A stretch of 64,000 bases of DNA from an uncultured Planctomycetota bacterium (GCA_963849325.1 CAWKHF010000012.1:768001-832000); one strand, 5' to 3'. Positions 22,927-33,629 are shown, counted from the first letter of the stretch. The notes: generated from the sequence alone by a model not told the origin. Numbers and translations: made by a program.

Positions 22927-23093
22927 AAGAGGATCACCACGGAAAACACGGAAAACACGGAAAAAAGACAAAAAAGAGGGACGAGAACGTCATAAGAATG
23001 GAAGTCGAATAGAGAAAATGATAAAGCTTTGTGTTCCGGCTGGTCTCTTTTCTCTTTTTGTCTTTTTTCCGTGTTTTCCGTGGTGATCCTCTT
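22927..23093. repeat. AT-rich inverted-repeat (MITE-like) element with CACGGAAAA units
   Basis: Left arm AAGAGGATCAC(CACGGAAAA)3AAGACAAAAAAGAG; right arm is its reverse complement with 2 units. Confidence 0.85.
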
Positions 23094-23114
23094 CTTGTCT
23101 TTCGGAGGTTGAAC

Positions 23115-24450
23115 GTGGCTGAATTGACGCCTCGGCAGATCGTGCAAGAACTGGATCGCTACATCGTCGGCCAGGACGCGGCCAAGCGCACCGTGTCCAT
23201 CGCCATCCGCAATCGCTGGCGTCGCCAACAACTGCCGCCGGAACTGCGCCAGGAACGTCACGCCCAAGAACATCATCATGATCGGGCCGACCGGCGTCGG
23301 TAAGACCGAGATTGCCCGCCGACTCGCTCAGCTCGTCGGCGCGCCGTTCCTCAAGGTCGAGGCCACCAAGTACACCGAGGTCGGCTACCACGGCCGCGAC
23401 GTCGAGAGCATGATCCGCGATCTGACCGAGATCGCCGTCGGCATGATCCGCCAGGAACAGCGCCAGCTCGTCGAGACGCGCGCGAAAGAACGAGTCAACG
23501 AACGCCTACTCGATTTGCTGCTGCCACGCTCATCCAGCTGGGATCCCGAGAACACCGAGGAGAACGAGCGCAACCAGCGCAGTCGCGATAAGATGAAGGC
23601 ACGGCTGGAGGCCGGCGAGCTGGAAGACCGGCCGATCGAACTGAACGTCGAGCAAAAAGCCGTGCCCGTGCAGATTTTGACCAACCTCGGTATGGAACAG
23701 ATGGATGTCGATTTCCAGAATATGTTCGAGCGCATCATGCCGCGCCAGCAGCAGCAGCGCCAAGTGCCGCTGCGCGAAGCCCGCCGCATGCTGCTCGAAC
23801 AGGAGACGGAAGCCCTCATCGACCGGCAAGTCGTCACGGAGAAGGCCGTCGAACTGGTCGAAAACCAGGGCATCATCTTCCTCGACGAGCTGGACAAGAT
23901 TTGCGGCCCGCAATCGGCGCACGGACCCGACGTATCGCGCCAGGGCGTGCAGCGCGATCTGCTGCCGGTGGTCGAGGGCACGACCGTCAACACGCGCTAC
24001 GGCCCGGTTCGCAGCGATCACATCCTGTTCATCGCCGCCGGCGCCTTCCATCTTTCCAAACCGTCGGATCTGATGCCGGAATTGCAGGGGCGATTTCCCA
24101 TCCGCGTCGAGTTGACGGACCTGAAGCGCGAGGATTTCCTGCGCATCTTGACCGAGCCGAAGCACTCGCTGACCAAGCAGTACGTCGGCCTTCTGTCCAC
24201 CGAAGGCATGACGCTGGAATTCACCAAGGACGGCATTGAGGCGTTGGCCGACATCGCCTGCGAAGTCAACAGCACGATGCAGAACATCGGCGCCCGCCGG
24301 CTGCACACCATCCTGGAGCGCGTCGTCGAGGACATCAGTTTCGACGGGCCCGATTGCGGCGACAAGCACGTCCGCATCGACGGACCTTACGTCCGCCAGC
24401 GTTTGACCGACATCTTGCAGAAGGAAGATTTGACGCGGTTTATCTTGTAG
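23115..24450 (+). CDS. hslU: ATP-dependent protease ATPase subunit HslU (frameshift ~23256)
   Basis: [65 protein letters not shown]. Confidence 0.96.
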
Positions 24451-24526
24451 AGAGCGGTTCTCCCGCCGCGCCGCCGTCGATAGAATAGAGTTATTCGGAG
24501 TTCGACATCTTTGAGGATGAAGCCTC

Positions 24527-25272
24527 ATGGACGCGGCCCCCTCTCCGGTGGGTGTCGCCACCGCTTCGCCGGTGCCGCCGTCCGAGTGGCCGGAGGCGAC
24601 GCGGTGGGTCTCTCCTCCCGGTGATCTCTCGATTCGTCTTCCCTCCGACCCTGCGCCGGCCTGGTCGCGTCCGGCGCAGGGAGCGGCCGCGCTGCTTCTC
24701 GTGCTGGCCCTGGGTTTGCTCGCCTGGCATACCTATGCCGCGCAGGCGCTGGAGCTGCCGGCCGACGGTCCTCGAAGCGGATACGACGTATCCGCCGAGC
24801 CTCGATTTGAACCGCGCCGACCATGCCCAGTTGCTGCAACTGCCCGGCGTCGGCGAAAACCTGGCTCGCCGCATCGAGACGTATCGGATCGAGCATGGCG
24901 GATTTCGGGAGGTGGACGAGTTGCGGCGGGTAAGTGGTGTCGGTCCCGTCGTGCTGGAAAAACTGCGGCCCTTCGTTTGCGTCGAACGGATCGAGGACGA
25001 GGAGAGCGGCGACAGCTCGGACACGAAGAAAGAGGCCGTCCCTCCGCGTCCGAGCAGCAAAAAGCTCGCCCTCACGCAGCCCATCGACATCAACCGAGCC
25101 GACGGCGCGGAATTGCAGCGTCTACCGGGCATCGGGCCGAAATTATCGCAGCGCATCCTCGCTGTTCGAGAGCAGAAGCCTTTTCAGTCGGTGGATGAGC
25201 TGCGCCGCGTGCCCGGCATCGGGCCGAAAACGCTCGACACGCCTGCGGCCGCACGTGGTCGTCGTTCCTTGA
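24527..25272 (+). CDS. comEA: ComEA-family helix-hairpin-helix DNA-binding protein (frameshifts ~24745, ~25240)
   Basis: N-terminal TM; two LDLNRA..L.LPG(V/I)G..L..RI and VSGVG/VPGIG HhH domains. Confidence 0.82.
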
Positions 25273-25333
25273 CAAACCTGAAGCCGCGAACGCATGGGTT
25301 TCAAGAACCCGTCGCTCGCGCTGCGGGCTTGTC
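25271..25333. repeat. degenerate family A-type palindrome
   Basis: Right arm AACCCGTCGCTCGCGCTGCGGGCTTGTC pairs imperfectly with the left arm. Confidence 0.55.
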
Positions 25334-25358
25334 GATTCATCAATCAACGGAGCAGCCG

Positions 25359-27393
25359 ATGGCAGCCAAGTTCGATCTGGTAAGTCCCTTTCAGCCCGCC
25401 GGCGATCAGCCGCGGGCCATTGCGTCCCTGGTCGAGGGCTTTCGCGATAGCCGCCCCTACCAGACCCTGCTCGGGGCCACGGGCACCGGCAAGACCTTTA
25501 CGCGCGGCGCACGTCATCGCCCAGCTGGGCAAGCCGACGCTGGTGCTGGCCCACAACAAGACGCTGGCCGCCCAGCTCTACAAGGAGTTCAAGGCCTTCT
25601 TCCCGCACAACGCCGTCCACTACTTCGTCAGCTATTACGACTACTATCAGCCCGAAGCCTACATCCCGCAGCGCGACATCTACATCGAGAAGGACGCCCT
25701 CATCAACGAGAACATCGACCGCCTGCGCCTGGCCGCCACCAGCGCCCTTGTCAGCCGCGAGGACGTCATCATCGTCGCCAGTGTGTCCTGCATCTACGGC
25801 CTGGGTTCGCCCAGCGATTACAAACGTATGATGATCCGTCTGGTCAAGGGCGAGACCATCAACCGCGACGATCTGCTCTTGCGCTTGGTGGACATCCAGT
25901 ACGAGCGCAACGACGTCGCCTTCACGCGCGGCAAGTTCCGGGTACGCGGCGACGTGGTGGAGGTATGGCCGGCCTACGAGGAGTTCGGCATCCGTATCGA
26001 ACTGTTCGGCGACGAGGTTGATGCGTTAGCTGTCATCAACCCGACCAGCGGCGAGACTCTGCGGCAGCTCGACGAGTTGTACATCTACCCGGCCAAGCAC
26101 TTCGTCACGCCGGAGGAGCGCATCCGGCAAGCCGTTGAGGGCATTCGCGGCGAATTGGAAGAACGGTTGGAGCAGTTCAAGAAGGAGGGCAAGCTGCTGG
26201 AGGCGCAGCGGTTGGCGGCACGGTCGCGCTTCGATATCGAGATGCTGCTGGAGGTCGGCCATTGTCCGGGCATCGAGAATTACGCCCGTTGGTTCAGCGG
26301 CCGCAAACCCGGTGAGCCGCCGTACACGCTGCTCGATTTCTTCCCCGAAGACTTCCTCATGGTGGTGGACGAATCGCACGTCACGCTGCCGCAGGTGCGC
26401 GGCATGTTCGCCGGCGATCACAGCCGCAAGCTCACGCTGGTCGAGCACGGCTTCCGTCTGCCCAGCGCCCTGGACAATCGGCCGCTGCGCTTCGACGAAT
26501 GGGAGAAGCGCGTCAAGCAAGTGCTGTTCATGTCGGCCACGCCAGCGGCCTACGAGTTGGAGCGCTCGGGCGGCGAGGTGGTCGAACAACTCATCCGGCC
26601 GACCGGCCTTGTCGATCCGCTCTTGCACGTCAAGGCGGCGCGCGGCCAGGTGCCCGATTTGATCGAGGAGATCAAGAAGCGCGCCGCTTGCAAGGAGCGC
26701 GTGCTGGTGACGACCTTGACCAAGCGGATGGCCGAGGATTTGAGCAACTACTTCCGCGACGCCGGCCTACGCGGCAAATGGCTGCACTCGGAGCTGGACG
26801 CCATCGAGCGCGTGCAGGTGCTGCGCGAGCTGCGCGAGGGCGCCTTTGACGTGCTGGTCGGCGTCAACCTGCTGCGCGAGGGACTCGATCTGCCGGAGGT
26901 GTCGCTGGTGGCGATCCTGGACGCCGACAAGGAGGGATTTCTACGCTCCGAAACGTCGCTGATCCAGACCATCGGCCGCGCCGCCCGCAACGTCAACGCC
27001 GAGGTCATCCTCTACGCCGACCGCGTAACCGACTCGATGCAGCGAGCCATCGACGAGACGCGCCGCCGCCGCGAATTGCAATTGCGGTACAACACCGAGC
27101 ACGGCATCACGCCGGAGACGGTGCGAACCGCCATCAGCATGGGCATCGAGGGCGAGGTCGCGGCCCACAAGATGGCGGCGGAAGCGGCGGGGCAGAAGGC
27201 CGACGATTTCGTCACCGAGGAACAGATGGAGGAGCTGCACCGCGAGATGCTCAAGGCGGCCGACGAGCGCCGTTATGAGGACGCGGCCAAGCTGCGCGAC
27301 CTGCTCGCCAAACTGAAGGGCGAGCCGGTCGCCTCGCCGCAGGTCAAGAAGCCACGCGGCCGGCGCAAGCGTTCGAGCGAACCAAAGGGTTAG
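25359..27393 (+). CDS. uvrB: excinuclease ABC subunit B (frameshift ~25501)
   Basis: [64 protein letters not shown]. Confidence 0.97.
27307..27372 (+). repeat. uvrB 3' segment, copy 1 of an imperfect direct repeat
   Basis: 59/66 nt identical to 28110..28175. Confidence 0.9.
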
Positions 27394-27403
27394 AATAAGG
27401 GAG

Positions 27404-27607
27404 ATGGCCATGAGCATTCAATTGACGCGCCAGCAGCGGCAGGCCGTGGAACAGTCGAAGGGGCCTCTTCGCTTCATCGATGCGGAGAGCAAGTGTGAAT
27501 ACGTCCTCCTGCGGGCCGAGTTGTACGAACGGCTGCGGCGGATGGCACAAACCGAGGTACTCGATCCGTCGCTTTATGAATTTGAAGAACCGACGAATCC
27601 ATCTTGA
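27404..27607 (+). CDS. small hypothetical protein (antitoxin-like partner)
   Basis: AAGGGAG RBS; IDAESKCEYVLLRAELYERL; TTGA overlap with the next gene. Confidence 0.7.
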   Translation: MAMSIQLTRQQRQAVEQSKGPLRFIDAESKCEYVLLRAELYERLRRMAQTEVLDPSLYEFEEPTNPS

Positions 27608-28107
27608 TCGTGCACATCCTCCGTCAATTGCCGTTTCTGGATGCCGCCTCCACCATCGAGGTAGGCGGCGAGTCCGTCGCCATTCGGGCCTACCAAATTG
27701 TCGTCTGGGTCAGCCTGAGCGTGTCCGAGGTGCTGGAGGTACAGGCTCCACGCTTCCCGGCCATCCTCGACACCGGACACAATCACAACTTTTCGATCCG
27801 AGAGAAGCAGTTCGTCAAGTGGACGAGAATATCCTTGGGAGCGCTCACCCGGTTGGGACAAGTGCTGGTGAATCGGCAGGAGGTGCCGTTATTTGCAGCT
27901 CATCTCTGGATTCACCGGAATCGGCCGGGGCGGAGCGAGTTGCTTCTTCGACCTTATCGCCTGGAATTGCCCCAGGGGACCGCATTGTATGCGGATGGGT
28001 TGCCGGGTGCCCCTCGGCTACCTCTCCTTGGGCTGCGGGGCTTGGTGAGCAACAAGCTCCGTCTTACCATTGATGGGGTGAATCGCCTGGTATCGCTGCG
28101 AACTTGA
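27604..28107 (+). CDS. retropepsin-like (clan AA) aspartyl protease-fold protein
   Basis: AILDTG motif and C-terminal LLGLRGL; less GC-biased codons than neighbours. Confidence 0.7.
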   Translation: MIVHILRQLPFLDAASTIEVGGESVAIRAYQIVVWVSLSVSEVLEVQAPRFPAILDTGHNHNFSIREKQFVKWTRISLGALTRLGQVLVNRQEVPLFAAHLWIHRNRPGRSELLLRPYRLELPQGTALYADGLPGAPRLPLLGLRGLVSNKLRLTIDGVNRLVSLRT

Positions 28108-28109
28108 TT

Positions 28110-28178
28110 GCCAAGCTCAAGGGCGAGCCGGTGGCCTCGCCGCAGGTCAAGAAGCCGCGCGGCCGGCGGAAACGGTGA
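28110..28178 (+). pseudogene. orphan uvrB C-terminal fragment ([22 protein letters not shown])
   Basis: Same 22 aa as the uvrB C-terminal segment, with its own TGA; 7 synonymous differences. Confidence 0.88.
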
Positions 28179-28258
28179 GAGGAGCGACTGCTCTTTCGCC
28201 GGCGCTGGCGAAAGCGTACACTGCCGGTCGATTTCGCGGACCCATCCAGGAGCGGAGC

Positions 28259-29095
28259 ATGTCCATCAACAAGCCTCGACCTCTGCTGCGGATCGAGTAC
28301 GAAGAAGCGGCGGAGGCATACCTGCGCAGCCTGCCGCCGGAGCACTTCATGGAAGCCACCGCCCAGGGAAAACAGCGGGAAATCACCCTGGAAAGCCTGG
28401 CCCTCGTGAGGGCCCGCCGACCGGAAGTGCAGGCCTTCAACGAACTGCTGGTGCAATATCCACGACGCGGCGAGCGGAAAATCGGCCAGGTGGTGCCCGA
28501 TAACATGGTCGTCGTCTGGCCCGAACCGATTCAAGCCAGCGGCAGTTACGATCTGCCTTTGCAGCCGACCGGCCCGTTGTGGATGCTGGAGTACGTCTCC
28601 AAGTATAACAAGCGCAAGGACTACGAAGACAACATGCAGAAGTACGAGCGCGAGTTGAAAGTCCCGTACTATCTGCTGTTTTACCCCGATGCGCGCGAAT
28701 TGACTCTTTTCCAGCTACGGAGTCGCAAATACCGCAGCGTGCCGCCCAACGAGCGGGGACGCCACGCCATCGCGGAGTTGGACCTGGAAGCGGCCTTGCT
28801 GGACGACTGGGTGCGTTTCTGGTATCGGGGCGAGTTGCTGCCGCTGCCGGCGGACCTGCAGCGCGACCTGGACGAAACGCGCCGGCAACTGCGACGAATG
28901 ACACGCCGCGCCGACGAGCAGGCACGCCGCGCCGACGAGCAGGCACGCCGCGCCGACGAGCAGGCACGCCGCGCCGACGAGCAGACCCGCCGCGCCGTGG
29001 AGGAACGTCAAGCGCGTCTGGCGGCGGAAGGAGAGATGCGTCGTCTGCGAGCGGAACTGGAACAGATACGGACGGGAAAGAGGGGACCGTCGTAA
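28259..29095 (+). CDS. Uma2 family (PD-(D/E)xK) endonuclease with coiled-coil tail
   Basis: VVPDNMVV, MLEYVS, KDYEDN..KYE..LKVPYYLLFYP. Confidence 0.88.
   Translation: MSINKPRPLLRIEYEEAAEAYLRSLPPEHFMEATAQGKQREITLESLALVRARRPEVQAFNELLVQYPRRGERKIGQVVPDNMVVVWPEPIQASGSYDLPLQPTGPLWMLEYVSKYNKRKDYEDNMQKYERELKVPYYLLFYPDARELTLFQLRSRKYRSVPPNERGRHAIAELDLEAALLDDWVRFWYRGELLPLPADLQRDLDETRRQLRRMTRRADEQARRADEQARRADEQARRADEQTRRAVEERQARLAAEGEMRRLRAELEQIRTGKRGPS
28902..28997 (+). repeat. 21-bp tandem repeat (~4.5 copies) encoding heptad RRADEQA
   Basis: CACGCCGCGCCGACGAGCAGG repeated. Confidence 0.95.
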
Positions 29096-29127
29096 GGCCA
29101 CCGTTCAACGAAACAGGCTCGCGGTCC

Positions 29128-30241
29128 TTATTTCGCCTTCTTGTGACGGCGTTCTGCCTTCAGACGCAGATACGCCTGGATGAAATCGTCGATGTCGCCG
29201 TCGAGGACGTTCTGCACCTGCGGCGTTTGCACGTCGGTGCGGACGTCCTTGACCAGCGTGTACGGCTGCATGACGTAATTGCGAATCTGGTAGCCCCAGG
29301 CCACCTCTCCCTTCTCGTCGTACAGTTTCTCGACCTCGGCTCGGCGTTTCTGCTCCTCGACCTGGTACAGCTTGGCCTTGAGCATTTTCAGGGCCATCTC
29401 GTCGTTTTTGTGCTGGCTGCGCTGACTGCGGCTCTCGGCGGCGATGCCCGTCGGCAAGTGCGTGTAACGCACGCCGCTCTCGGTCTTGTTCTGGTGTTGG
29501 CCGCCCGGCCCGCCGCTGCGGAACGTATCGCGCCGCAGTTCGTCGGAGCGAATCTCGATCTCGATAGTCCCTTCGATCTCGGGAATCACGTCCACCGCGG
29601 CAAACGACGTTTGCCGCCGAGCGTTGGCGTCGAAGGGACTGATGCGCACCAGGCGATGGACGCCGGCCTCGCCTTGAAGGTTCCCGTAAGCGTAATCGCC
29701 CATGACGTGCAGGGTGGCGTTGCGGATGCCGGCCTCTTCGTTGGGTAGCTCATCGACGATCTCGACTTCGTAACCGTGCCGTTCGGCCCAGCGCGCGTAC
29801 AGGCGTAGGAGCATCTGCGCCCAGTCGCACGCCTCCGTCCCGCCGGTGCCGGCCTGGATGCGCAGGTAGGCGTTGCTGGCGTCCTGCGGCCCGTCGAGCA
29901 TGGCGCGCATCTCGAAGTCGTCGAGGCGCTTCTCGAACGGCGTCAATTCGCGCTCCAGCTCGGATTCCAGGCTCGCGTCCTCGTCGGACAACTCGACGAG
30001 CGCCTGGACGTCGCCGGCGATGGTCTCCAGTTCCTCGTAGGGCTTGAGCAGACCGTTGAGCGGCTTCAGCTGGGCGATGACTTCCCGGGCCTTCTCGGGG
30101 TTATCCCAGAAGTTGGGCTGGCCCATTCGGACGTTGAGCTGTTCGCGCTGGGATTGTTTGCTGGAGATGTCAAAGAGAGTCTCGGAGCTGGGTCAAACGG
30201 TTCAAGACCTCATCACTGCGTCGGCGTAAATCGGCGTTCAT
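29128..30241 (-). CDS. prfB: peptide chain release factor 2 with programmed +1 frameshift
   Basis: ORF1 MNADLRRRSDEVLNRLTQLRDSL ends CTT TGA C; ORF2 has GGTEACDWA, SPF, GGQHQN. Confidence 0.97.
30169..30175 (-). promoter_or_regulatory. prfB autoregulatory frameshift site CTTTGAC
   Basis: Canonical slippery Leu codon + UGA-C at codons 23-24. Confidence 0.93.
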
Positions 30242-30451
30242 CGCGTTCCTCGTGGGGGTTGTCGTCCGATGGGATCGGACGTTGACAGGACCAATATAGC
30301 AAGAAGCGGGTTCGGAGGGCAATTCGGGTTGTCGGCGCGCCCTTGTCCGGACGAGCGGAGGGTTTACACTGAGAGTCGGTCGCCGCTTGCGGCGTAGCGA
30401 GTGCCGCCTTCGTCCCAGGAGAGGATCGTTATCGTGGCAGTCCCGAAGTTG

Positions 30452-32161
30452 ATGCGGATGGGTCTTCGTCTTTTCCTGTTTGCCCTGTTGCTGGCCGCGT
30501 TCGGGCTGGCCTGGAGGCAGGACGCGAAACCGCCGGCCGCGGAGACGCCGCGCCTGGCCGTGCTGGTGGTCTTCGATCAACTGCGCGGCGACTACCTGAC
30601 GCGCTGGGACGCCCTGTTCGGGGACGGCGGTTTCCATCGTCTGGAGAAAGAAGGAGCGTGGTTCCAGAATTGCCATTACCCCTACGCCGACACGTGGACG
30701 GCGGCCGGACACGCCTCGCTGGCAACCGGCTGCTCGCCGCAAACGCACGGCATCATCGCCAACGACTGGTACGATCGCGCCGCCGCCACGTCGGTTTACT
30801 GTGTCGCCTCGCCGCGTTACCGCCGCGTCCCGCCGTCGGCCGACGTCGCGGTTCGAGTGACGGAGGGCGGCAAGGCCGGAGGCGTTTCGCCGGAGCGACT
30901 GCTGACGCCGACGCTGGCCGACGCTCTCAAGGACGCCACCGGCGGCAAGGGACGGGTCGTGGCGCTGTCGCTGAAGGACCGCTCGGCGGTGCTGCCGGGC
31001 GGACGGCGGCCCGACACCTGTTACTGGCTGGACACGACCCACGGCGAATTCGTGACCTCTACTTACTACCGCGATCGGCCGCATCCCTGGGTCGCCGACT
31101 TCAATCGCTCCGGCGCGATCGATCGGTGGGTGGGCCAGAAGTGGACGCGCCTGCGGGCGGAACTGGATTATGAGAAATACAGCGGGCCGGATGACGGCGC
31201 GGGGGAGGGGACGCTCCTGTTCGGACGGACGTTCCCGCACCCTCTGGGAGGCGGAGGGGCGGTCAAGCTCAAGTCGGCGTATTACGGGGCGCTATACAAT
31301 TCGCCGTTCGGCAACGACGTACTGCTGGGGCTGGCGCGGCGAGCCATCGAAATGGAGAAACTCGGTACGCGCGAAACGCCGGACCTGCTGTGCCTTAGCT
31401 TCTCGTCTAACGATGCCATCGGCCATTGCTGGGGACCGGATTCGCAGGAGGTGCTCGACGTCACCCTGCGGACGGATCGCATCGTCCAGGAATTGTTGAC
31501 GGTCCTCGATAAGCAGGTGGGCAAGGGCCGTTACGTCCTGGTGCTCAGCGCCGATCACGGGGTTTGTCCTCTGCCGGAGACGTTGCGGCGGCGCGGCGAG
31601 GACGCCGGCCGCGTCGATCTGAAGTCGCTTCTTGGAAAGGTGAATGCGTTCCTGGGTGAGACGTTCCATGTGCCGGCGGAGGACAAGCGTTGGGTGGAGG
31701 CGACGGCAGGCGCCTGGCTGTATCTGAACCGCGACCTATTGGCCCGCCACGATCTGAAGCAGGAGAAAGTCGAGACGGCGTTGGCCGGCTGGCTGAAGAA
31801 ACAACCCGGCGTGCAGGCCGCCTATACGCGCAGCCAGCTTCTGGCCGGGGTAGCGGCGGAAGATGCCGTGGGGCAGAGCGTGCGGCGGTCGTTCCAGCCC
31901 GAACGCTCCGGCGACGTGCGCATCGTCGAAAAGCCGTATCACCTGCTGACGTCACGCCTGACGGGCACCAACCACGGTACGCCGAACGCCTACGATACGC
32001 ACGTTCCGCTGCTGGTGTACGGGCCGGGAGTACGCCGGGGGGTGCGGCACGAGGCGGTCACTCCGCAGGCCGCCGCCGCCATCCTGGCGGAAGCGCTCCG
32101 CATCAGGCTCCCGGCGAAGGCAACTGCGCCGCTGCCCCGCGATCTTCTCCTCTCGCGATGA
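30452..32161 (+). CDS. alkaline phosphatase superfamily protein (PafA-like)
   Basis: VVFDQLRGD, TWTAAGHAS (Thr nucleophile), SLKDRSA, D..GH, SADHG, HGTP..YDTHVPL. Confidence 0.9.
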   Translation: MRMGLRLFLFALLLAAFGLAWRQDAKPPAAETPRLAVLVVFDQLRGDYLTRWDALFGDGGFHRLEKEGAWFQNCHYPYADTWTAAGHASLATGCSPQTHGIIANDWYDRAAATSVYCVASPRYRRVPPSADVAVRVTEGGKAGGVSPERLLTPTLADALKDATGGKGRVVALSLKDRSAVLPGGRRPDTCYWLDTTHGEFVTSTYYRDRPHPWVADFNRSGAIDRWVGQKWTRLRAELDYEKYSGPDDGAGEGTLLFGRTFPHPLGGGGAVKLKSAYYGALYNSPFGNDVLLGLARRAIEMEKLGTRETPDLLCLSFSSNDAIGHCWGPDSQEVLDVTLRTDRIVQELLTVLDKQVGKGRYVLVLSADHGVCPLPETLRRRGEDAGRVDLKSLLGKVNAFLGETFHVPAEDKRWVEATAGAWLYLNRDLLARHDLKQEKVETALAGWLKKQPGVQAAYTRSQLLAGVAAEDAVGQSVRRSFQPERSGDVRIVEKPYHLLTSRLTGTNHGTPNAYDTHVPLLVYGPGVRRGVRHEAVTPQAAAAILAEALRIRLPAKATAPLPRDLLLSR

Positions 32162-32177
32162 CAGAGACGACCAAGAC

Positions 32178-32375
32178 TCACTGCTGGCAATATCGGGCTT
32201 CCTGATCCAGAAGGAAAGCCGCGTATTCCAGGAGGAGGGCCTGGGGCGCCTGTTCCTTCGGCGCGGACGTTGCCGGCAGTGAGGCGCCGCGGAGGGCGGC
32301 GTTGCGGAACGCCTGCCGGTCAAACCTCGATGCTTCTTGCGGCGTCTGTTTGAGAAGGGCTGGGTCGGCGAACAT
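32178..32375 (-). CDS. small hypothetical protein
   Basis: GGAGG RBS 7 nt before ATG; 65 aa; no recognisable family. Confidence 0.4.
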   Translation of the reverse strand: MFADPALLKQTPQEASRFDRQAFRNAALRGASLPATSAPKEQAPQALLLEYAAFLLDQEARYCQQ

Positions 32376-32678
32376 GGAGAGTCCTCCACTTTCGGAGCGG
32401 ACCCGAGCAGAGACCGCTCGGGGCGCTGGGATGGGGCGTCCGGGCCGACTTCAGGGGAACAGAGGGCCAGGGAAGCTGCAGGGTGATAGGGGCCACCCGA
32501 GATTGTTCCCTCCTACTATCATTCTACGCTCGGACTCGGCCCAGCGCCAGCCACTGAGCAAAAATCGGCCGCAATCCGCTATCGTCTTCCGCAGTTTCGG
32601 ATCGCCGCGTCCGACCGGCGGCTTGCTTTCCGTCCTCGGCAGGACTACATTGTCCCTCGCCCGAGTCGAGGATTGATT

Positions 32679-33629
32679 ATGACTCCCAAGCCGTCTGATT
32701 CGTCCGGTCGTCGTACCTTTCTCAAGCGAGCCGCCGGGACGGCGTCCATCGTGGCCGGCGCCGGCGCCGCTTCCACCGCCTCGGGGGCCGTTCCCGCTTC
32801 TCGGCTGCCGACGATCAAACTCGGGACGCACGACGTTACCCGACTCATCATCGGCGGCAATCCGATCTACGGCTACTCGCACTTTAACAAGCTGCTCAGC
32901 CAGCACCAGACCGCCTGGCACACGCCGGAACGCGTGGTCGAACTGCTCCAGCGCTGCGAGGAGTGCGGCATCAACACGTGGCAGAACAGCTACGCCGAAC
33001 GAACGCTGCAAGACCTCGATCGCTTCCGCGCCGCCGGCGGCAAGATGCACTGGCTCTGCCTGGGCAAGCCGGACTGGGACCAGCATCCCGAGCACATCGA
33101 CGACGCCGCCCGTCGCAAGCCCATCGGCATCGCGCCTCACGGCGCCCTCGCCGACCGTCTGCACCGCCAGGACCGCCTCACCGTCCTGACCGACCTGCTC
33201 AAGCGCATCCGCGGCAAGGGCGTCCTGGTCGGCCTGTCGGCGCACAACCCCGCCCTGATCGAACTGGCCGAGGACAAGGGCTGGGACATCGATTACTATA
33301 TGTGCTGCCTCTATTATCTCACGAGGCCGCGCGCTGAGTTTCAGAAGCTCCTGGGCAAGGATCTGCCCCTGGGCGAGATCTACCTGCCAACCGATCCGCC
33401 GCGGATGTTCCAGGCCGTCCGGGCCACGCGCAAGCCGTGCCTGGTGTACAAGGTGCTGGCCGCCGGCCGCCGCGTTGGCAGCCCGGCCGAGGTGCGCGAC
33501 GGCCTGGCCGTCGCCCTGTCCAACATCAAACCGACCGATGCTCTCCTCGTCGGCATGTACCAGCAGTTCGGTGACCAGGTGGGTGCCAATTCCGCCGCGG
33601 TACGCGAACTGTGCGCCCGGAAGCGTTGA
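32679..33629 (+). CDS. Tat-exported aldo/keto-reductase-like TIM-barrel protein
   Basis: RRTFLK twin-arginine signal; LPTIKLG..VTRLIIGGNP; YKVLAAGR. Confidence 0.75.
   Translation: MTPKPSDSSGRRTFLKRAAGTASIVAGAGAASTASGAVPASRLPTIKLGTHDVTRLIIGGNPIYGYSHFNKLLSQHQTAWHTPERVVELLQRCEECGINTWQNSYAERTLQDLDRFRAAGGKMHWLCLGKPDWDQHPEHIDDAARRKPIGIAPHGALADRLHRQDRLTVLTDLLKRIRGKGVLVGLSAHNPALIELAEDKGWDIDYYMCCLYYLTRPRAEFQKLLGKDLPLGEIYLPTDPPRMFQAVRATRKPCLVYKVLAAGRRVGSPAEVRDGLAVALSNIKPTDALLVGMYQQFGDQVGANSAAVRELCARKR

Noticed and set aside
28902-28997. 21-bp tandem repeat as a CRISPR array
   Set aside because: No spacers, it is an in-frame heptad coiled coil of Uma2, and no cas genes are present
32400-32520. G-rich intergenic stretch as a structured ncRNA
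   Set aside because: No convincing stems or known motif; probably the leader of the small reverse-strand ORF
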